Part shown: positions 1-13,470 of the stretch, piece by piece
How positions within the stretch are numbered: the stretch's first letter is position 1
Layout: every line of letters starts with the position of its first letter
NCBI RefSeq assembly: GCF_018977255.1
Contig: NW_024704742.1
Span: forward strand, 75,208,001-75,272,000
Direction of reading: 5' to 3'
Source: Callorhinchus milii
Taxonomy: Eukaryota
DNA: 64,000 bases
Notes under the pieces: generated by a model
Database searches by the model: none
Seen by the model: only the letters and a program-made list of their open reading frames with translations
What the model was told of the DNA's origin: nothing
Program-made: the position numbers and the translations under genes

Positions 1-2715
1 TGAAATTAGAATTCAATTGAGAATTAGAGAACAAGAATATTGCAGTATATGGAGCTTTTTTGTTTAAACTTTGGAACAAGCCAGATAAACGGTCAGTGTC
101 TTTTCTTATATATTTCTATATTTAGAAAATATAGACATCTTTTAGAGTGACAAACCAGAATTGCTCTAACATGTATAAAATTATTTTACTGCTATCACTG
201 AGTTTATCCCTGTCTAGATACCTACGATATATGAGACTCTATTAGTGCACTGCCTTAAGACTGCAGCTTGTTTGTTTGATTGGCAGCAAGCTGGCACTAA
301 CACTCTCAAGCATATATTGAAGAGCGCTGCGTGCAGAGACCTATTTGTAATTCCAGGCCATAAGCTTCATACATATTGATTCTTGACACAAAGCAGCAGT
401 GAAAGCCCCTCGGGAATGTTTTAATTTAGCAAGGATCAGTGTGTCGAGGTCATGGAGTGAATAAAGATTAGCTTTGGACAGCTACAGCATGGAATGTAGG
501 TGCACGTTCCTCCATAGCTATGCTTGTGAGATTCGCACACATATTTCCAAACGTTAAAGATTTGGCTATTACTCTGCACCTGATATTGATATTTGCTGGC
601 AGTTTTGCCTCCTGCGATTAGGCATTCAATTTAGTCATTTTTCATTTTTCCCTCCAACAATCCACAATCAAACATTTTACTAGAAATTTACTCAAGGGAT
701 TAAAACACATGGAGCGTTGACAAATTTTGAAATGAGTTGAAAGGAAAAATCACAAATAAATGTTGAAATATTAATCATTTAAAATTATATTTAAATAACA
801 TATATATTTCTATGATATTGTTTATATCAGAAAAATAAGCACAATTTCCACAGAACAGCGCATACATTGGTAAAAGGCAGGATCATTTTAAGGGAATTGA
901 TATGGTTTGCAGCCCTTGTTAGCTCCCTTGATTGTGGCACCCTTTTCCCGAGTCACACATGAAAAAAAATGCTCCTTTACACGTAGGTTGAGCAACAATA
1001 ACCATAAAAAGCAGTGACAAGGTTTATCCCCACCACAGATGGATTCATGTGTAAAAACTGCATGTACTTCTGAGATGCCTACAATAATATCAATAAACAG
1101 GTGAAAGTAAACTGGTATAAACTGAAGACTTATAAAAGTCTACATATTGGGATTTAAAATGCAATATTTTCATCTTGAATTGTTTTGTTGATTGTAAATT
1201 CAGATTAATGACTCATGCCATGATTTGCAAATGACGAGTTGCAAATTTCAAGCTGGCAAAGCCGCAAAAATCATTGACTGTTTTGATTAGAGGCCTCAAG
1301 CACTCTGAGACGCTGCCTGCGAGGGGATGGGGGCTATATAAGTGTAAATTGTTGTTGTTTATTCCGAATTTGCCATGTTTGCATTTAAACGTCACATTAA
1401 ATGCTATTTGCAAATATTGCTTTATGGACCTTATTTTTGTCATGAATCAAGCATCAGCCTGGCTCAGTTGCTAGCACTCTCGCCTCTGAGTAAGAAGGTT
1501 TGGGGTTCAAGCCCCACATGGAATTCATACACTCTAGGCTGACACTCCACTGCATTGCTGGAGGTGTGCTGTAATTAAATCCTGTGAAATGCTTGAATTG
1601 TCCTCCAGATGTGAAAGGCATGATATCCAAAGTATTATTATTACATGGTGGGATGCCACCTTCCTTGATTGTGGTTAGAAATATTCACTGTGTCATACCA
1701 CTTTGTATCTTAACTACTATATCTGCAATGTGACCTACTGAAATACAGTGACACCGTCAGCAAGAGAATACGGTCTGCTTTGCAGGATCATTCAGATTCT
1801 TTTAGTTTCGCAATATCTGCTGACATTTCCTGCGGGAAATGCCCTTATGTCTGAAATCACTGATACACAGCAGGAAAAGCAGATGGTATTATTCCCTCTG
1901 TGCTAAGAGAGCAGGTCTCCGATTGCAGAACACTAGGATAATTAAATCACAAAACCTGCTCTGTTGAGATTCAAGAAATTTAAGATCAGGGTTTTTATAA
2001 TTTACTTGCATATAATTCGCTCATCATTTTTGTGAAAATACCATGGACTTATTTTCCAAATGCTGGTAAATTCTCCACCCGAATTGTGGCCCAAATAAAT
2101 TATTTTGTTGATTTTATGCTGTCTGAATTTTCCACCCTATATTTGTTAAGATAAAAAGTGTCTGACCTATCAGTGACTCCATTTTGTGACTTGGGGATAT
2201 TTTGGGTCACTGATGATCGTGATATCCACATTAATGAGGATGCTTTTTGAACCATAAACCTTTACTTCCAATGTCCATCCAATATGATAAATGTACCATT
2301 CCTTATTGGCATAGCCTTAATTTGTAGACTAAAACTAAACTGCAAAGATTACCCCAGTAACTATTCATTAGGTGAAAAAAGGTAAGATGCTTTCCTTAGA
2401 GCAAAAACCACACAACCACGCACACAGACTGAAAATAATCATGTTTCGTGATAATCTACGAGTGCAACATATATTCAAAATTGCAGTCTTGCAAAACAGC
2501 TATAAACTGATTATTAGCCTTAAATGTTCTGCAAAGAGGTTGTGTCCTGAAATAAACTCAGTTGGTTGCGTTCTTGCCTCTGGATCAGAAGGTTGTGGCC
2601 TAAATCCACATCAGAGATTTTAAGCTGATACTTGCATGTTGAGGCAGCCAGTGGCGCTGACCTTTGCATGAAACATTAAATGAAGGTTCCATCTGTTTGT
2701 TCGTGGAGGAGGTCT

Positions 2716-3276
2716 GGCTCGATTCCGAAATTCCAGGTGACATGCTTGGCAACAGAACGTCGGAATCAACCCAGCCCTCTGTGGTGGTCTCGATAGTCTG
2801 GATCCTGAGTCCGGTAGATCCGCAGTGTTCCAGGGCACTGCTGATGACAGCACAGCCTGGCTCATCGGCAGGGCATTGAACGCATGCAGTCATCTCAATC
2901 AGCTCCAGTTAACCCTGTAAGCCGAAGTCCTAATGGTTAGGGTGGTCCAAGCTGAACAAGCAGTGGAAAAACTTGCCAGACAACAATATCAATGGCAAGC
3001 TATGCAGTTTTAGTTGGTTAGACTGCATCAGTCTCCAACACACAATCTGGAGTCCCCAAGCCTTGGTTCTTGTAAATCTGCGTGTAATATTTTCCAGAAT
3101 TAGGTAACCAAGATGTGTCCCTCCAGGGAGAGATGCATTCCATTCCAACAATCTATCTCTGGGATTTCAATATGTAGGTGGGATGCATGGAAATCTCAGC
3201 TTGGTTTGAACACTCTTAAGCCTGGGAATGGGTTCCTGCATGGGTCAGACACCCGGCTGACAAAAAGAAAAAAAAT
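2716..3276 (+). mobile_element. 5'-truncated copy (3' UTR) of the same non-LTR family
   Basis: Aligns with the reverse complement of 18670-19110. Ends cagacacccggctgac followed by an A-rich tail. Confidence 0.8.
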
Positions 3277-4505
3277 CAGATGGAAGTTAAAGAACCCATC
3301 AAACTCTGAATAGAGAACGGAGTTGACTGTGATTAAATTGGCTGCTGTATTCACATACAAATATTTATTTACTACACTTAGGAGTAATTACTGTAAAGAC
3401 CTTTGTGGAGTTTTTAGGTGTTTTCTCAATTGCTAGGATTATTAATAAACAAAATGTCCTTTGCACTGCAAACAAATTTTGTATCTCTTCAATTTCATGA
3501 ATCATCCCTTCTGGTACCCACAACAGTCCTTCTACACATCAGATACATGTGTTGACAAAATGTCACTAGGAAAGCAATGACCATCATGTCTATATTGAAG
3601 ACCTGTCTGCACTCAGTTGATCCTCATCTATCTCTGAGAATCAAACTGAAAATGGAAATGACATCAAATCATGGGTTAAAATTAATCACTTTTACCAACC
3701 AAACATGGCATTCCGAATAAAAATAATAATCCTGGTATTTAATGTAGTACTGTTCATGTCAGGAGACTGTCTCAAACTGCTTTGACGGATTTACTGTCGT
3801 CTATTGACTGAACTTGTGAGTGAATGCATAACACAGTTGTAATGATAAGGGCAGAAACACCCTTGAATTAGTAATTAGCAAGATTTTAGAGGTTGAGAGT
3901 CGACTCTTGCATGCCAGTTTATACAAAAAAAATGCAGGATTGGGGTCTTCAAATACCACTTTACAAGAAAACAACTTAAATAAATTAATCAATCTCATTC
4001 TAGGCTACCTACACTCATGGAAGCTTCAAAAGCAGGATCTTATCATTTTCTTAAGAGCACTTCTGCATCTCAGACTGAAAATCAATATATTTAAACCTTA
4101 GCTCTCTCTTCCAAAATTTTGGTCGGGAACTACCCTTATTCGTTACATGCATTACATGAAGAAGAATAAGGAGAGCAAATATATGCTAGGTGGTAACATT
4201 TTAAAAGTTGTGTAAGAGTGAAGAAACGGAGAGGTTAGCATCCATAAATCCTGAAACTTCTAGATGGAGAAAGATACCAAGAAAGAAAATAGAATCTTAG
4301 TTTTTATAAAAAGAGGTATAGGATATAAAACCGAAACTATAATGCTAAACTTGTGTAAGTCGTTAGTGGAACATTGTTTTTTGGAATAAAGTTGTCAATG
4401 TTCAATGACACATTGGTCGTGTTAACATTCAGAACATGTAATGAACACTCTGCAAACTGTTTCCCAATGTTATTTTTTATAAAGAGGACAAATTGACTAT
4501 ATCCA

Positions 4506-4519
4506 CCAGTAGGGGGCAG
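4506..4519 (+). promoter_or_regulatory. Candidate CTCF core motif
   Basis: CCAGTAGGGGGCAG matches the core consensus CCASYAGRKGGCRS at all 14 positions. Motif match only. Confidence 0.35.
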
Positions 4520-5519
4520 AGGAGGAGCAGTTGAGTGATCAGCATCCTATTTGCCTTGTTTATTGTTTCCTCACACTGTTATGACATTGTGAGAGAGTCA
4601 ACTAACACCCCAAGATCTCTTTCAGCTTCCCTCTGGGCAACTTCTATCATATCCATGGAGTACATGCATTTCCTATTCTTACTTTCTAATTCATTGATTT
4701 TTACCAGCCCATGTGCATACTCACTTTGTGCTTCCTCTTATTTCACAGTTCCTCTTGGCTTGGTTTCATTTATAAAAAGTAACTTCCTTACACTGAGTCT
4801 GTGAATCCAGGCAATTAATAATATACAGTATTCAGGCTAACAGGGTAACAAAGTGACAGTTAATTCTGCCTTTACATCCTGAGTTCAGGTTCTATTGAAC
4901 TGAAACCTATCTACGTGAAGTCTGCTGTAGGGGATTCCTTGACATTCCCATCACTTCCTTCTATTTATAGCAATGATTTCCCAAGAGTAACATTGGCCAA
5001 CAGCACTATACAGAAACTCAGAGTAACCTTCACATTTTAAAAAAAAATTGGTTGATCTTTCTTTGAACAGTAAAACTAGTACATTTGGTTCATTTTTGTG
5101 CATCTGCTGATTCAGCTATCTATATTAATTTATTAACACCTTCACCAACATTTTGTTCCCAACATGGATGGGTGATTTTAACACATGGGGTACAACGAGC
5201 ATTTGTTTCAAAGTACAGAGCTTTATTTTAAGCATAGCTCTCGCTGTCAGAGCTATTAATACTACAATTAATTCTTGAAAAACTCAGTATTTCCTCTCCT
5301 AATATGATGCGAGAAACAAGGAAATTGCACTATGAATTCCTTTCTCTCCACTTATGCCATGGATGGAACACAACCTGAAGACTCAAAGCCTCTCTGTCTC
5401 ACAGTATTTGATACAGACTTCCACATAGCTATCACTTTGAATAGATATTATATTCTTCCACGATTCCCTCTGTCTCCCCTTTTTCTCTCTCTACTAATCC
5501 TCCATACAAACATAAATCA

Positions 5520-7626
5520 GTGGGGGTTCCCAACTCACCTCCACTCTAAAATCCCATGGCCATTTTCCTCCCACAATCTGCAAACCCCCAAACCCCTCCC
5601 CCCCTCAGCCCCTCCACCCTCTCCCATTAGCACCTCTACCCACACCGACATCCACAAGATCCGCTCCCTCTCAAACAAAGCCCTCACCATCCATGACCTC
5701 AACCTGGATGAGCATATAATAATAATAATAATCCTTGCATTTGATATAGCGCTTTTAATAATAAATAATAATAATAATCCATGCATTTGATATAGCGCTT
5801 TTAATAATAATAATAATAATCCTTGCATTTGATATAGCGCTTTTCACGTCATCTAGACGTCTCAAAGCACTTCACAGAATATGCTGTAAAGTGAATTGAC
5901 TGTATATTTGTGGGCGAAACGCAGCAGCCAAATGCACACAGCAGTGTCCCACAAACAGCCGTGGATTGAAAATGACCAATTTATTATTGTTTTTGGTTTT
6001 GGAGGGATTATTATTAGGCGTGTGGAGTAAGGAAACTTGCCCAAGGTTTCGCCCTGCCTGGAACTGACCCCAGGTGTCTCGCTTGCAAGGCAAGTGCTCT
6101 AACCGTTGAGCTACAGGACTCCTGGGCTGACTGAAACCTGGCTGTCCCTCGATGACCCCATCCCCCTCATAGAAGCCTCGCCCCCCACACCCCGGCTACA
6201 CTTCCACCACATTCCCCACCCTAACCTCTGTACCAGTGGGGTGGCCCTCATCTCTCAAACCTCCCTTGGTCTATTCCCCTGTTCCTCTGGCTGTTTCCCC
6301 TCATTTGAACACCTCACCCTCCTCTCTCTCCCTCAAAATTCTCCTAATTTACAGCTCCCCAAACCTCCTGGCTCCTTCCTCACTGATATCTCCTGTCTCC
6401 TCTCATCTCTGACCCTCTGCACTGAACACCTGTTCATCGTAGGTGACTTTAACCTTCACCTCAACTCCCTTTGGCCCACCTCCTCTGAGTTCACTGCCCT
6501 CCTCTCCTCCATAAACCTCACCCTCCATATTAATTCCCTGACCCACAATTGTGACCATCCCCTTGATCTCATTATCACCCATGGCCTAGACATCTCTGGT
6601 CTGTCCATCACGGACAAGGTCACCTCTGACCACTTTTTCATCTCCCTCTCCTATTGTATCCCCCTCACCTTCTCCAAGCCTTCCATTGACTTTATCCGCC
6701 CATGGAAAACATTTCCGCCCGAGTTCCTCACAAAAGCCCTTTCATCCTCAGACCGTCTCTTCCTCCGACCTTCCACCCGTAGCGATTCTGATGCAGCCAT
6801 CAAGCTGAACATTGACAAGATGGAAGCAATATTCTTTGGTTCCCGTCAGCGTCTTCTCTCCTGCGGTTCAGACCTCCTCACTCGACCCGATCTCTCCCTA
6901 AGACTCACCGAACCTGTGCGCAACTTAGGCGTCGGGTTCGAACCCCCGCTTTCCTTTCTACCTTATATCTGTTCCCTGACCAGGACTGCTTTATTCCACC
7001 TCCGTCACATTGCCCACCTCAGTCCGTATCTCACAATAAAAGCAGCCAAAACCCTTGTACGCGTCTTCGTTACCTCTCATCTCAACTACTCAAATGCCTT
7101 CCTCGCTGGTCTCCCCTGTTCCACTATTCACAAACTTCAACTCATTCAAAACTCTGCCACCCACATTCTCACCCACACTAAACTCCATACCTCCATTACC
7201 CCAGTTCTTATCAAACTAGCTGTCACAGAGTGGATCGATTTCAAGATTCTCGCTCTTGTTTTTAAATCTCTTCACGCCCTAGCACCCCTTTATCACTCCA
7301 CCCTGCTCTCTCCCTATACTACTACCAGCTGCCTCCGCTCGACTGGCTCCAGCCTCCTTCTTGTCCCCCAAAACCACCACCCCACCATTGGCAGCCTTGA
7401 TTTCAGCCACTATGTCCTGAAGCTGTGGAACTTTCTCCCACAATCCCTTCACCTTGACCCCTTGCTCCCCGTTTTCAGGTTGCGCTTGGAAGACCTTCCT
7501 CTTCGACCGTGCCTACGGTCACCTTCCCCCTTCCCCTGGCTCGGCACAGGCTCTGCCACTGTTAAGCGCTCCAAGAAAGCGTTCGGCATGAAGGGCTCTA
7601 TATAAATGCAAGTTGTTGCTGTTGTT
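5520..7626 (+). mobile_element. L2 LINE with AP-endonuclease and C-terminal region, RT core deleted, interrupted by a SINE
   Basis: IRSLSNK (before the SINE), then LTETWL, VGDFNLH, PLDLIIT, SDHF (APE motifs), then directly KLNIDKMEAI, VRNLGV, LQLIQNSA, IDFKILAL. L2-type tail atgaagggctctatataaatgcaag(ttg)n. Confidence 0.85.
5716..6122 (-). mobile_element. tRNA-Ala-derived Deu-type SINE (subfamily A) with triplicated 3' end
   Basis: Reverse complement has a ggagtcctgtagctca head, ttgcaag anticodon loop, gtgggacactgctgtgtgcatttggctgc core and (TAT)n tail. Confidence 0.9.
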
Positions 7627-8294
7627 AAATAATTCCCTGTTACTGGACACTCATGAAAAATCCTTCTGCTGTACTCACAGATTATTTATATGTTTGTACA
7701 TGAGATGCTTTCCAATAATAGAATAACACTGGGTTTCAGTTGGGCACATGGGTACAGTCAGTGACGCTCTGGGGTTTCCAGCAACTTATGTAAATGTTGC
7801 TATCTCCAAGCTGCTGCTGCTGCCAGCTGTTGTTCTCTGACACTGTGCAGCAGCGGCTGTGAACAAATGCTGTGTGACATTCTGAATAGGCATCTGGCAA
7901 TTTCCAGCATGTTTCCTGGGAAACTTCTTGATGTGTAGAAGTCTAAAACTGTAGATGCCTTAGCGGTGACAAGAATACTTAAATAAATATTAGTGCTTGC
8001 AATTTGTGTTACATCTCAGTCATTGCCACCCTTAGCCCACTTTGTTTGTCATAATAGTAATCATCTTTGCATTTGATAAATGTTTTTCAGGTCAGAGAAT
8101 GTCTGAAAGTGCTTCACAGGATTCTACTGTGAAGTATAGTAACCCGTATTATGTAGCTGAACAACGCAGTTAATTTGTGCACAGCAATTTCCCACAAACA
8201 GCCATGACACTGGGAAAAACTCCCTTCTCTTTTTGAATAGTACCTTGGGATCTTCAACATTCACCTGAACAGGAAGACGGAACCTCGGTTTAAG

Positions 8295-8930
8295 GTATCC
8301 TGATGGACCACGGTAACAAATTTCATGTCTGACCTCCTACAGTCCATTCTTAAGAAGATTAAAATAACCTCCATTCGGGCCTCGGTCTATCACCCACAGA
8401 CGGATGGGCTGGTAGAACAGTTTAATACAATCTTAAGGGGATGCTTTGGAAATTTGTAATATTGGAAAATCAAAATTGGGACAAGCTCCTCCCCTTTCTG
8501 TTCCCTGTGCCAAGGCTTACAAGGGCTTTTCTCCTTTTGAGCTCTTGTACGGCACACAGCCACGTGGAATACTCAATTTGGTTAAGGAAACATGTGAAGA
8601 ACAACCTACCCACACAGAAAATATCTTGCAGTATGTCCTAGAGCCCAGAGAAAGCCCAGATATTATTGTGGAATTCACCAAGTAAAACTGTTGAACACAC
8701 AGCAAACCCAAGAGCAGCATTATAATCAGGGGCTCAGCCATGTGAGTACTGCCTTGGAGACAGGGCACTGCTCTTACTCCCATCATCAGAGTAAATTACC
8801 GCTAAATGTCAGCGGCCCTTCAAAATAGTATGTCGTACTGAAAGAGTAGATTATGAAATGTACCAGCCAGGGAAAAGGAAACAAAAACAGATTTATCACG
8901 TAAACCTATTGAAGTCATGATAACCTGTTT
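8295..8930 (+). mobile_element. Ty3/gypsy LTR retrotransposon relic: integrase region (Gmr1-like)
   Basis: Frameshifted motifs SVYHPQTDGLVEQFN, NWDKLLP, GFSPFELLYG..PRG, a GPF-like motif (cagcggcccttc) and YHVNLLK. Confidence 0.8.
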
Positions 8931-9036
8931 GTACATCCTATAGAGCAGGAGGTAGATTTATGGCCCCAAATCCCAGTTTAGAACTCCTCTGTGTTGGTGT
9001 CCACGAGGAATAATGTAACTATTATGTAACACAGGT

Positions 9037-9362
9037 GGAGTCCTGTAGCTCAGTGGTTAAGCACTCACTTTGCAAGCGAGAGACCTGAGTTCAATTCGAG
9101 GCACAGGGCGAAACCTTGGGCAAGTTTCCTTACTCCACACAGAGCCTAATAATAATCCCTCCAAAACCAAAAACAATAATAAATTGGTCAATTTCAATCT
9201 ACGACTGTTTGTGGGACATTGCTGTGCGCAATTGGCTGCCGCGTTCGCCCACAAATATACAGTCAATTCACTTTACAGTGTGTTCTGTGAAGCGCTTTGG
9301 GATGTCCTCCCGACGTGAAAAGCGCTATGTCAAATGCAAGGATTATTATTATTATTATTATA
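9037..9362 (+). mobile_element. tRNA-Ala-derived SINE (subfamily A), inserted in the gypsy relic
   Basis: A box tagctcagtgg, B box gagttcaattc, Deu-like core tgtgggacattgctgtgcgcaattggctgccgcg, L2-like tail gtgaaaagcgctatgtcaaatgcaagga(tta)n. Confidence 0.92.
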
Positions 9363-9399
9363 ACCAGGGCCCAAAAAGCACAGGAAGATTGATTGGTAT

Positions 9400-10235
9400 A
9401 CCGATACCCAGATGTGTTTTTGGAGGACTGAACTGGTAGAATATGCAGTGGACACCGAACCAGGTGTGACGGTGAAGTCCCGTCCTTAGCGGATCCCGGG
9501 AGCAGGGTAGGGTAAGGTGAGGAAGGAGCTGCAAGGTGTGCTGGAGCTGGGAATCATTGAGGCGTCTGAAGGCCCAATTCTCATGGTGCCCAAACCGGAT
9601 GAAGTATCCAATTTTGCACTGACTGTCGGAAAGTCAATGCAATTTCAAAATTCGATGGTTCCCCGGTTGGACCAATTGGGATCTGTTAAGTTTATTTTGA
9701 TGCTGGACTTGACCAAAATTGGCAAATTCCTTTGAAAGAAAATTCCAGTCGAAAGAAAATATTGCATTTGCCACCCCATTTGGACTGTACCCCACTTCAT
9801 TACAATGCTCTTTGGACTCCATGGAGCTCCAGAAATCTTCAAATGCCTTAAAGACTGGGTGTTGGACCCCCACCAAGGATATGCCGCAGTCTGTTTAGAT
9901 GACATTGTGATCTATAGTTCAACCTGGGATTGTCAACTGCTCCAGGTGGCTGTGGTTCTGGATTACCTAAGGGCAGCCCATTCTAACAGCAAACCCCAGC
10001 AAGGGGAAATCCAAAACCAAGTACTTGGGATATTCTCCTGGTGCTGCAGAAGGCAGATTTGATGATGTACCCTTGGAAAGAGCAAATTCAGAAAGTAATG
10101 ATCTGAGCCACATTGTGTGGAGCAGCAAATTCAACCCATTTCAGGGAAGGTCAGAGGTCTACAAAAATGGCTTGTCCCCATTACTAAGAAGGAAATGCAG
10201 TCCTTTCTATCTAGCCTTGGCCAAGGTGTGACTGT
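9400..10235 (+). mobile_element. Ty3/gypsy LTR retrotransposon relic: reverse transcriptase region
   Basis: ELQGVLELGIIEAS, PILMVPKPD, LDLTK, FGLHGAP, YAAVCLDDIVIYS (a decayed YLDD). Multiple stops and frameshifts. Confidence 0.8.
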
Positions 10236-10258
10236 TGCAAAGGCAATAATTTATGCAG

Positions 10259-10520
10259 TTCCGTATCGTAGTGTTTAGCGCGCTCGCCTTGCAAGCGAAA
10301 AGACCTGAGTTCGAATCCCGGGCAGGGCAAAAACTTACATTAGTCGATTAGCAGATCACATTTTAAAAAACATTTGATCATTCAATCCACGACTGTTTGT
10401 GAGACACTGCTGTGGTTGGCTTGCCACGTTTCACCCACAAAATACACAGTCAATTCACTTTACAGTATATTCTGTGAAGCGCTTTGTGATGTCTCAAAGA
10501 CGTGATAGGGCTGTGTATCA
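10259..10520 (+). mobile_element. Degenerate copy of the same SINE family
   Basis: ctcgccttgcaagcga...gagttcgaatccc head and cagtcaattcactttacag 3' part. Confidence 0.75.
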
Positions 10521-11678
10521 AACACTTAACAACATCAAGACTAAACAGAGATTTCCATGCATCCCACATGTATTGAAAAAAAGCTAATACACTTCAAGCA
10601 GGAAACTTCTTATACATCCCACTGGTGTAAGTAGGACTGAGCTGTTTCCAAAGTGGCATGCATGGCAACTAAATATTAGAATCAAGCTGATTCTCTGTGT
10701 TGGTCTTGAGTATCTGGTTCCTAAGCCACGCAGGTCTGCAATACAGTTCCAAGGCAATCTCAAGTCCTGCAGTACTTGGGATTGCCTTGGAACTGAGGTC
10801 TCATGGGTGAACATGACCTACTTAGAGTTAATTACTGGAATCAGGGGGCACTGCCTATAACAGACCAACCAGCCTGGCTCATAACAGTACTAGGAGGGGT
10901 AGAGTGAGAGAAGCGATTCCTTCCACCTGGTTCTTGTTAGTTAACCTTGCAAGCCCAAACCCTAACAGGTTGGATGGTGCTATCTGGGCAATCAGCATGA
11001 AGCTTATTAGACAGTGCTTTCAATGGTAAGCTATGTGGTTTTATTTGGTTAAATGGGGCTTATCTCCAGCAGTACCTCAGCACATACGCTGGGGTCCTTG
11101 GCTCCTGCCAAACAACTTGTGTATAATTCTCTCCAGACAAACTCCACTTCCATTCCAGACGCAGGAAAATGTCCATCTGTAGGTGCATACATATGTAGAT
11201 CTCTTAATGTGGTTAGATATTCTAAGCATAGGTTTTAAATGACCAAAAACTAAATTACACCTCATTAACCTGTGAAATCTCAGATCCAATTTGAGAATGC
11301 CTTGGAACTGAGGTCTCATGGGTGGACATGACATACTTGGAGTTATTTACTGGAACCAGAGTTTAAAAATGTGGGGCACTCTTTCAATTTAAAAATATAA
11401 CTAACGTTACTCCTTCCCTAAGAAGCTCCATTGCCTTTATGATCACTGGTCCTTTACTCGCAAATGGTAAGATTATTCTCAATCTTGCCAGTGTTGTGTG
11501 AAAACAAACAGGAAACAAGAGCAGTGAAAAACAGAATTGGTGTATTAGATCAATGTCCCCAATATTGGGTGAAGTAGGATTTTGGATACAGTCCAGCTCT
11601 GCTGATCACTATTGTGTGAGGAGTGCCCAATTGATCTCTGTACTTGACAGGTTCACATGGATTAATGGCATCATTGCA

Positions 11679-11988
11679 CTGTAGCTCAGTGGTTAGAGCA
11701 CTCGCTTTGCAAGTGAGAGACCTGAGTTCAATTCCAGGCAGGGCGAAACCTTGGGCAAGTTTCCTTACTCCACACAGAGCCTAATAATAATCCCTCCAAA
11801 AAAACAAAACAATAATAAATTGGTCATTTTCAATCTACGACTGTTTGTGGGACATTGCTGTGCGCAATTGGCTGCCGCGTTTCCCCACAAATATACAGTC
11901 AATTCACTTTACAGTATATTCTGTGAAGCGCTTTGGGATGTCTAGAAGACGTGAAAAGCATTATATCAAATGCAAGGATTATTATTAT
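11679..11988 (+). mobile_element. tRNA-Ala-derived SINE (subfamily A)
   Basis: Near-identical to the 9037 and 28685 copies. Confidence 0.92.
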
Positions 11989-12809
11989 AACTCGTTTCCA
12001 CCAACTGACCACATCACTTTCCTCAGATGGATTGCAGTTTATCTTGAAGCAGTGTTGTGCAAAATGCTTTGCAGGACTTTGTCAATTACATTTGCCCCTC
12101 AGCTAAGAGATGATTTGTCCTGGCCTTGAATATGCTTAGACTTTATCTCCACACTAACTTTGCCTCTGCATGAGCAAGCAAAAGTAATAAAATAATGTCT
12201 GTTTCACAAAAAAGAATGTAGCTGATGAATTATATTCAGGAATGGAACATTATTTGAACAGGTATTCTTGAAATGCTTTTAATTTTGAATACAAGAATAG
12301 TTGTGTTAAAAACCCTAATGTACTCAAAAGCTTTACATTTAATTGATTTTGACTTTTCATCGATAAATTTTGCAAGATCCATCAAGGATAAATGGCAGTT
12401 GAAGATCATTGGAAAATCTTGCACACACAAGCATTAATCTCTTAACTCTCATGGTGCAACTAATGATTGTTGCAGACACATAAACAACTTTCTAACTACT
12501 TTGATTAAAATGAAAATCAATACATACTCATTGACAAAGTGGTGATGGCCATGTCATTATGGGAGAAATTTATGTGGAGTTATTCTGATTGAAATTCCTC
12601 AAATTAATATATGGAAGAATTTTCAGTTGTGTGCATAGGGGCAAAAATTCTGATGGATTTACCCTGAAAGAGTGAAAGTGTTTTTAAGTTTAAAAAATGC
12701 TTTTGTTTTGTTAACAGTGATTATTTCTACTGTGTGAATGATAGTTTCTGGAAGGGTTTTAATTCAAAGTCAAAAGAGCAATTGGAATGAAGCCACAGAA
12801 CTGTCCATT

Positions 12810-13470
12810 GCAACAACAACAGCAAATTGCATTTATTAGTGCCTTTCACATCAGGAGGATGTCCCAAGGCACTCGACACTCCAGGGTTCGCACCTCCCTA
12901 AGATTTGGGAACAGCGGTTGGTGGGGAGAGGGGAAGATCATGGAGGGTATGGTCAAAAAAGGTCTTGAGAGGAAACATTGAAAGAGGTGAGAGAAGGAGT
13001 GAGGTGAAGGGACTCTGAGTTAGAATTCCAGAAAGTGGAGGCAGATAGACTGAAGGCCCAACCACCAAAGGTGGGGAGTCCAGTGCAAGGGATGTGAGGC
13101 TGTCTACTGCAACTGCCAAGCCGAGGTAGTGGGTAGGTTGGTAAGGTTTTAGAAGGTCACAGAGGTAGGGTGGGACAAAACCATGGAGAGATTTAAAAGT
13201 GAGGACAAGACCTTGAACTGGATTCTCCTTGGGGATGTGGAGCCAGTGGATCTTGCCAAGAATGGGGGTGATTGGCTCACAGAATCTGGTACAGAAGAGG
13301 ACACAAGCCGGTCTGCAGCTTGCTGAGGGAAGAGATGAGAAGTCTGGTGGGCAGAGAGTTGGCAAAGTCAACTCTGGACACAATGAAACCATGGAGAACG
13401 GTCTCAGAATCCCAAGGGAAGAGGCAGTAGTGGAGGTAGGCAATGTTGTGGTGTTGGGGTAAAGCTGATA
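12810..13470 (-). mobile_element. L2 LINE 3' fragment
   Basis: PITPILGKIHWL...LVLTFKSLHGFVPPYLCDLL on the - strand; tail gtgaaaggcactaataaatgcaat(ttg)n. Confidence 0.85.

Noticed and set aside
6106..7605. Host protein-coding gene (499 aa)
   Set aside because: It is entirely L2 ORF2-derived, begins inside a SINE at a non-ATG codon, lacks the RT core and has a frameshifted end.
9057..9439. Recurring small ORFs (MGKFPYST..., ...[12 protein letters not shown]...) as a peptide gene family
   Set aside because: They are alternative-frame translations of SINE copies, mostly with non-ATG starts and inconsistent frames.
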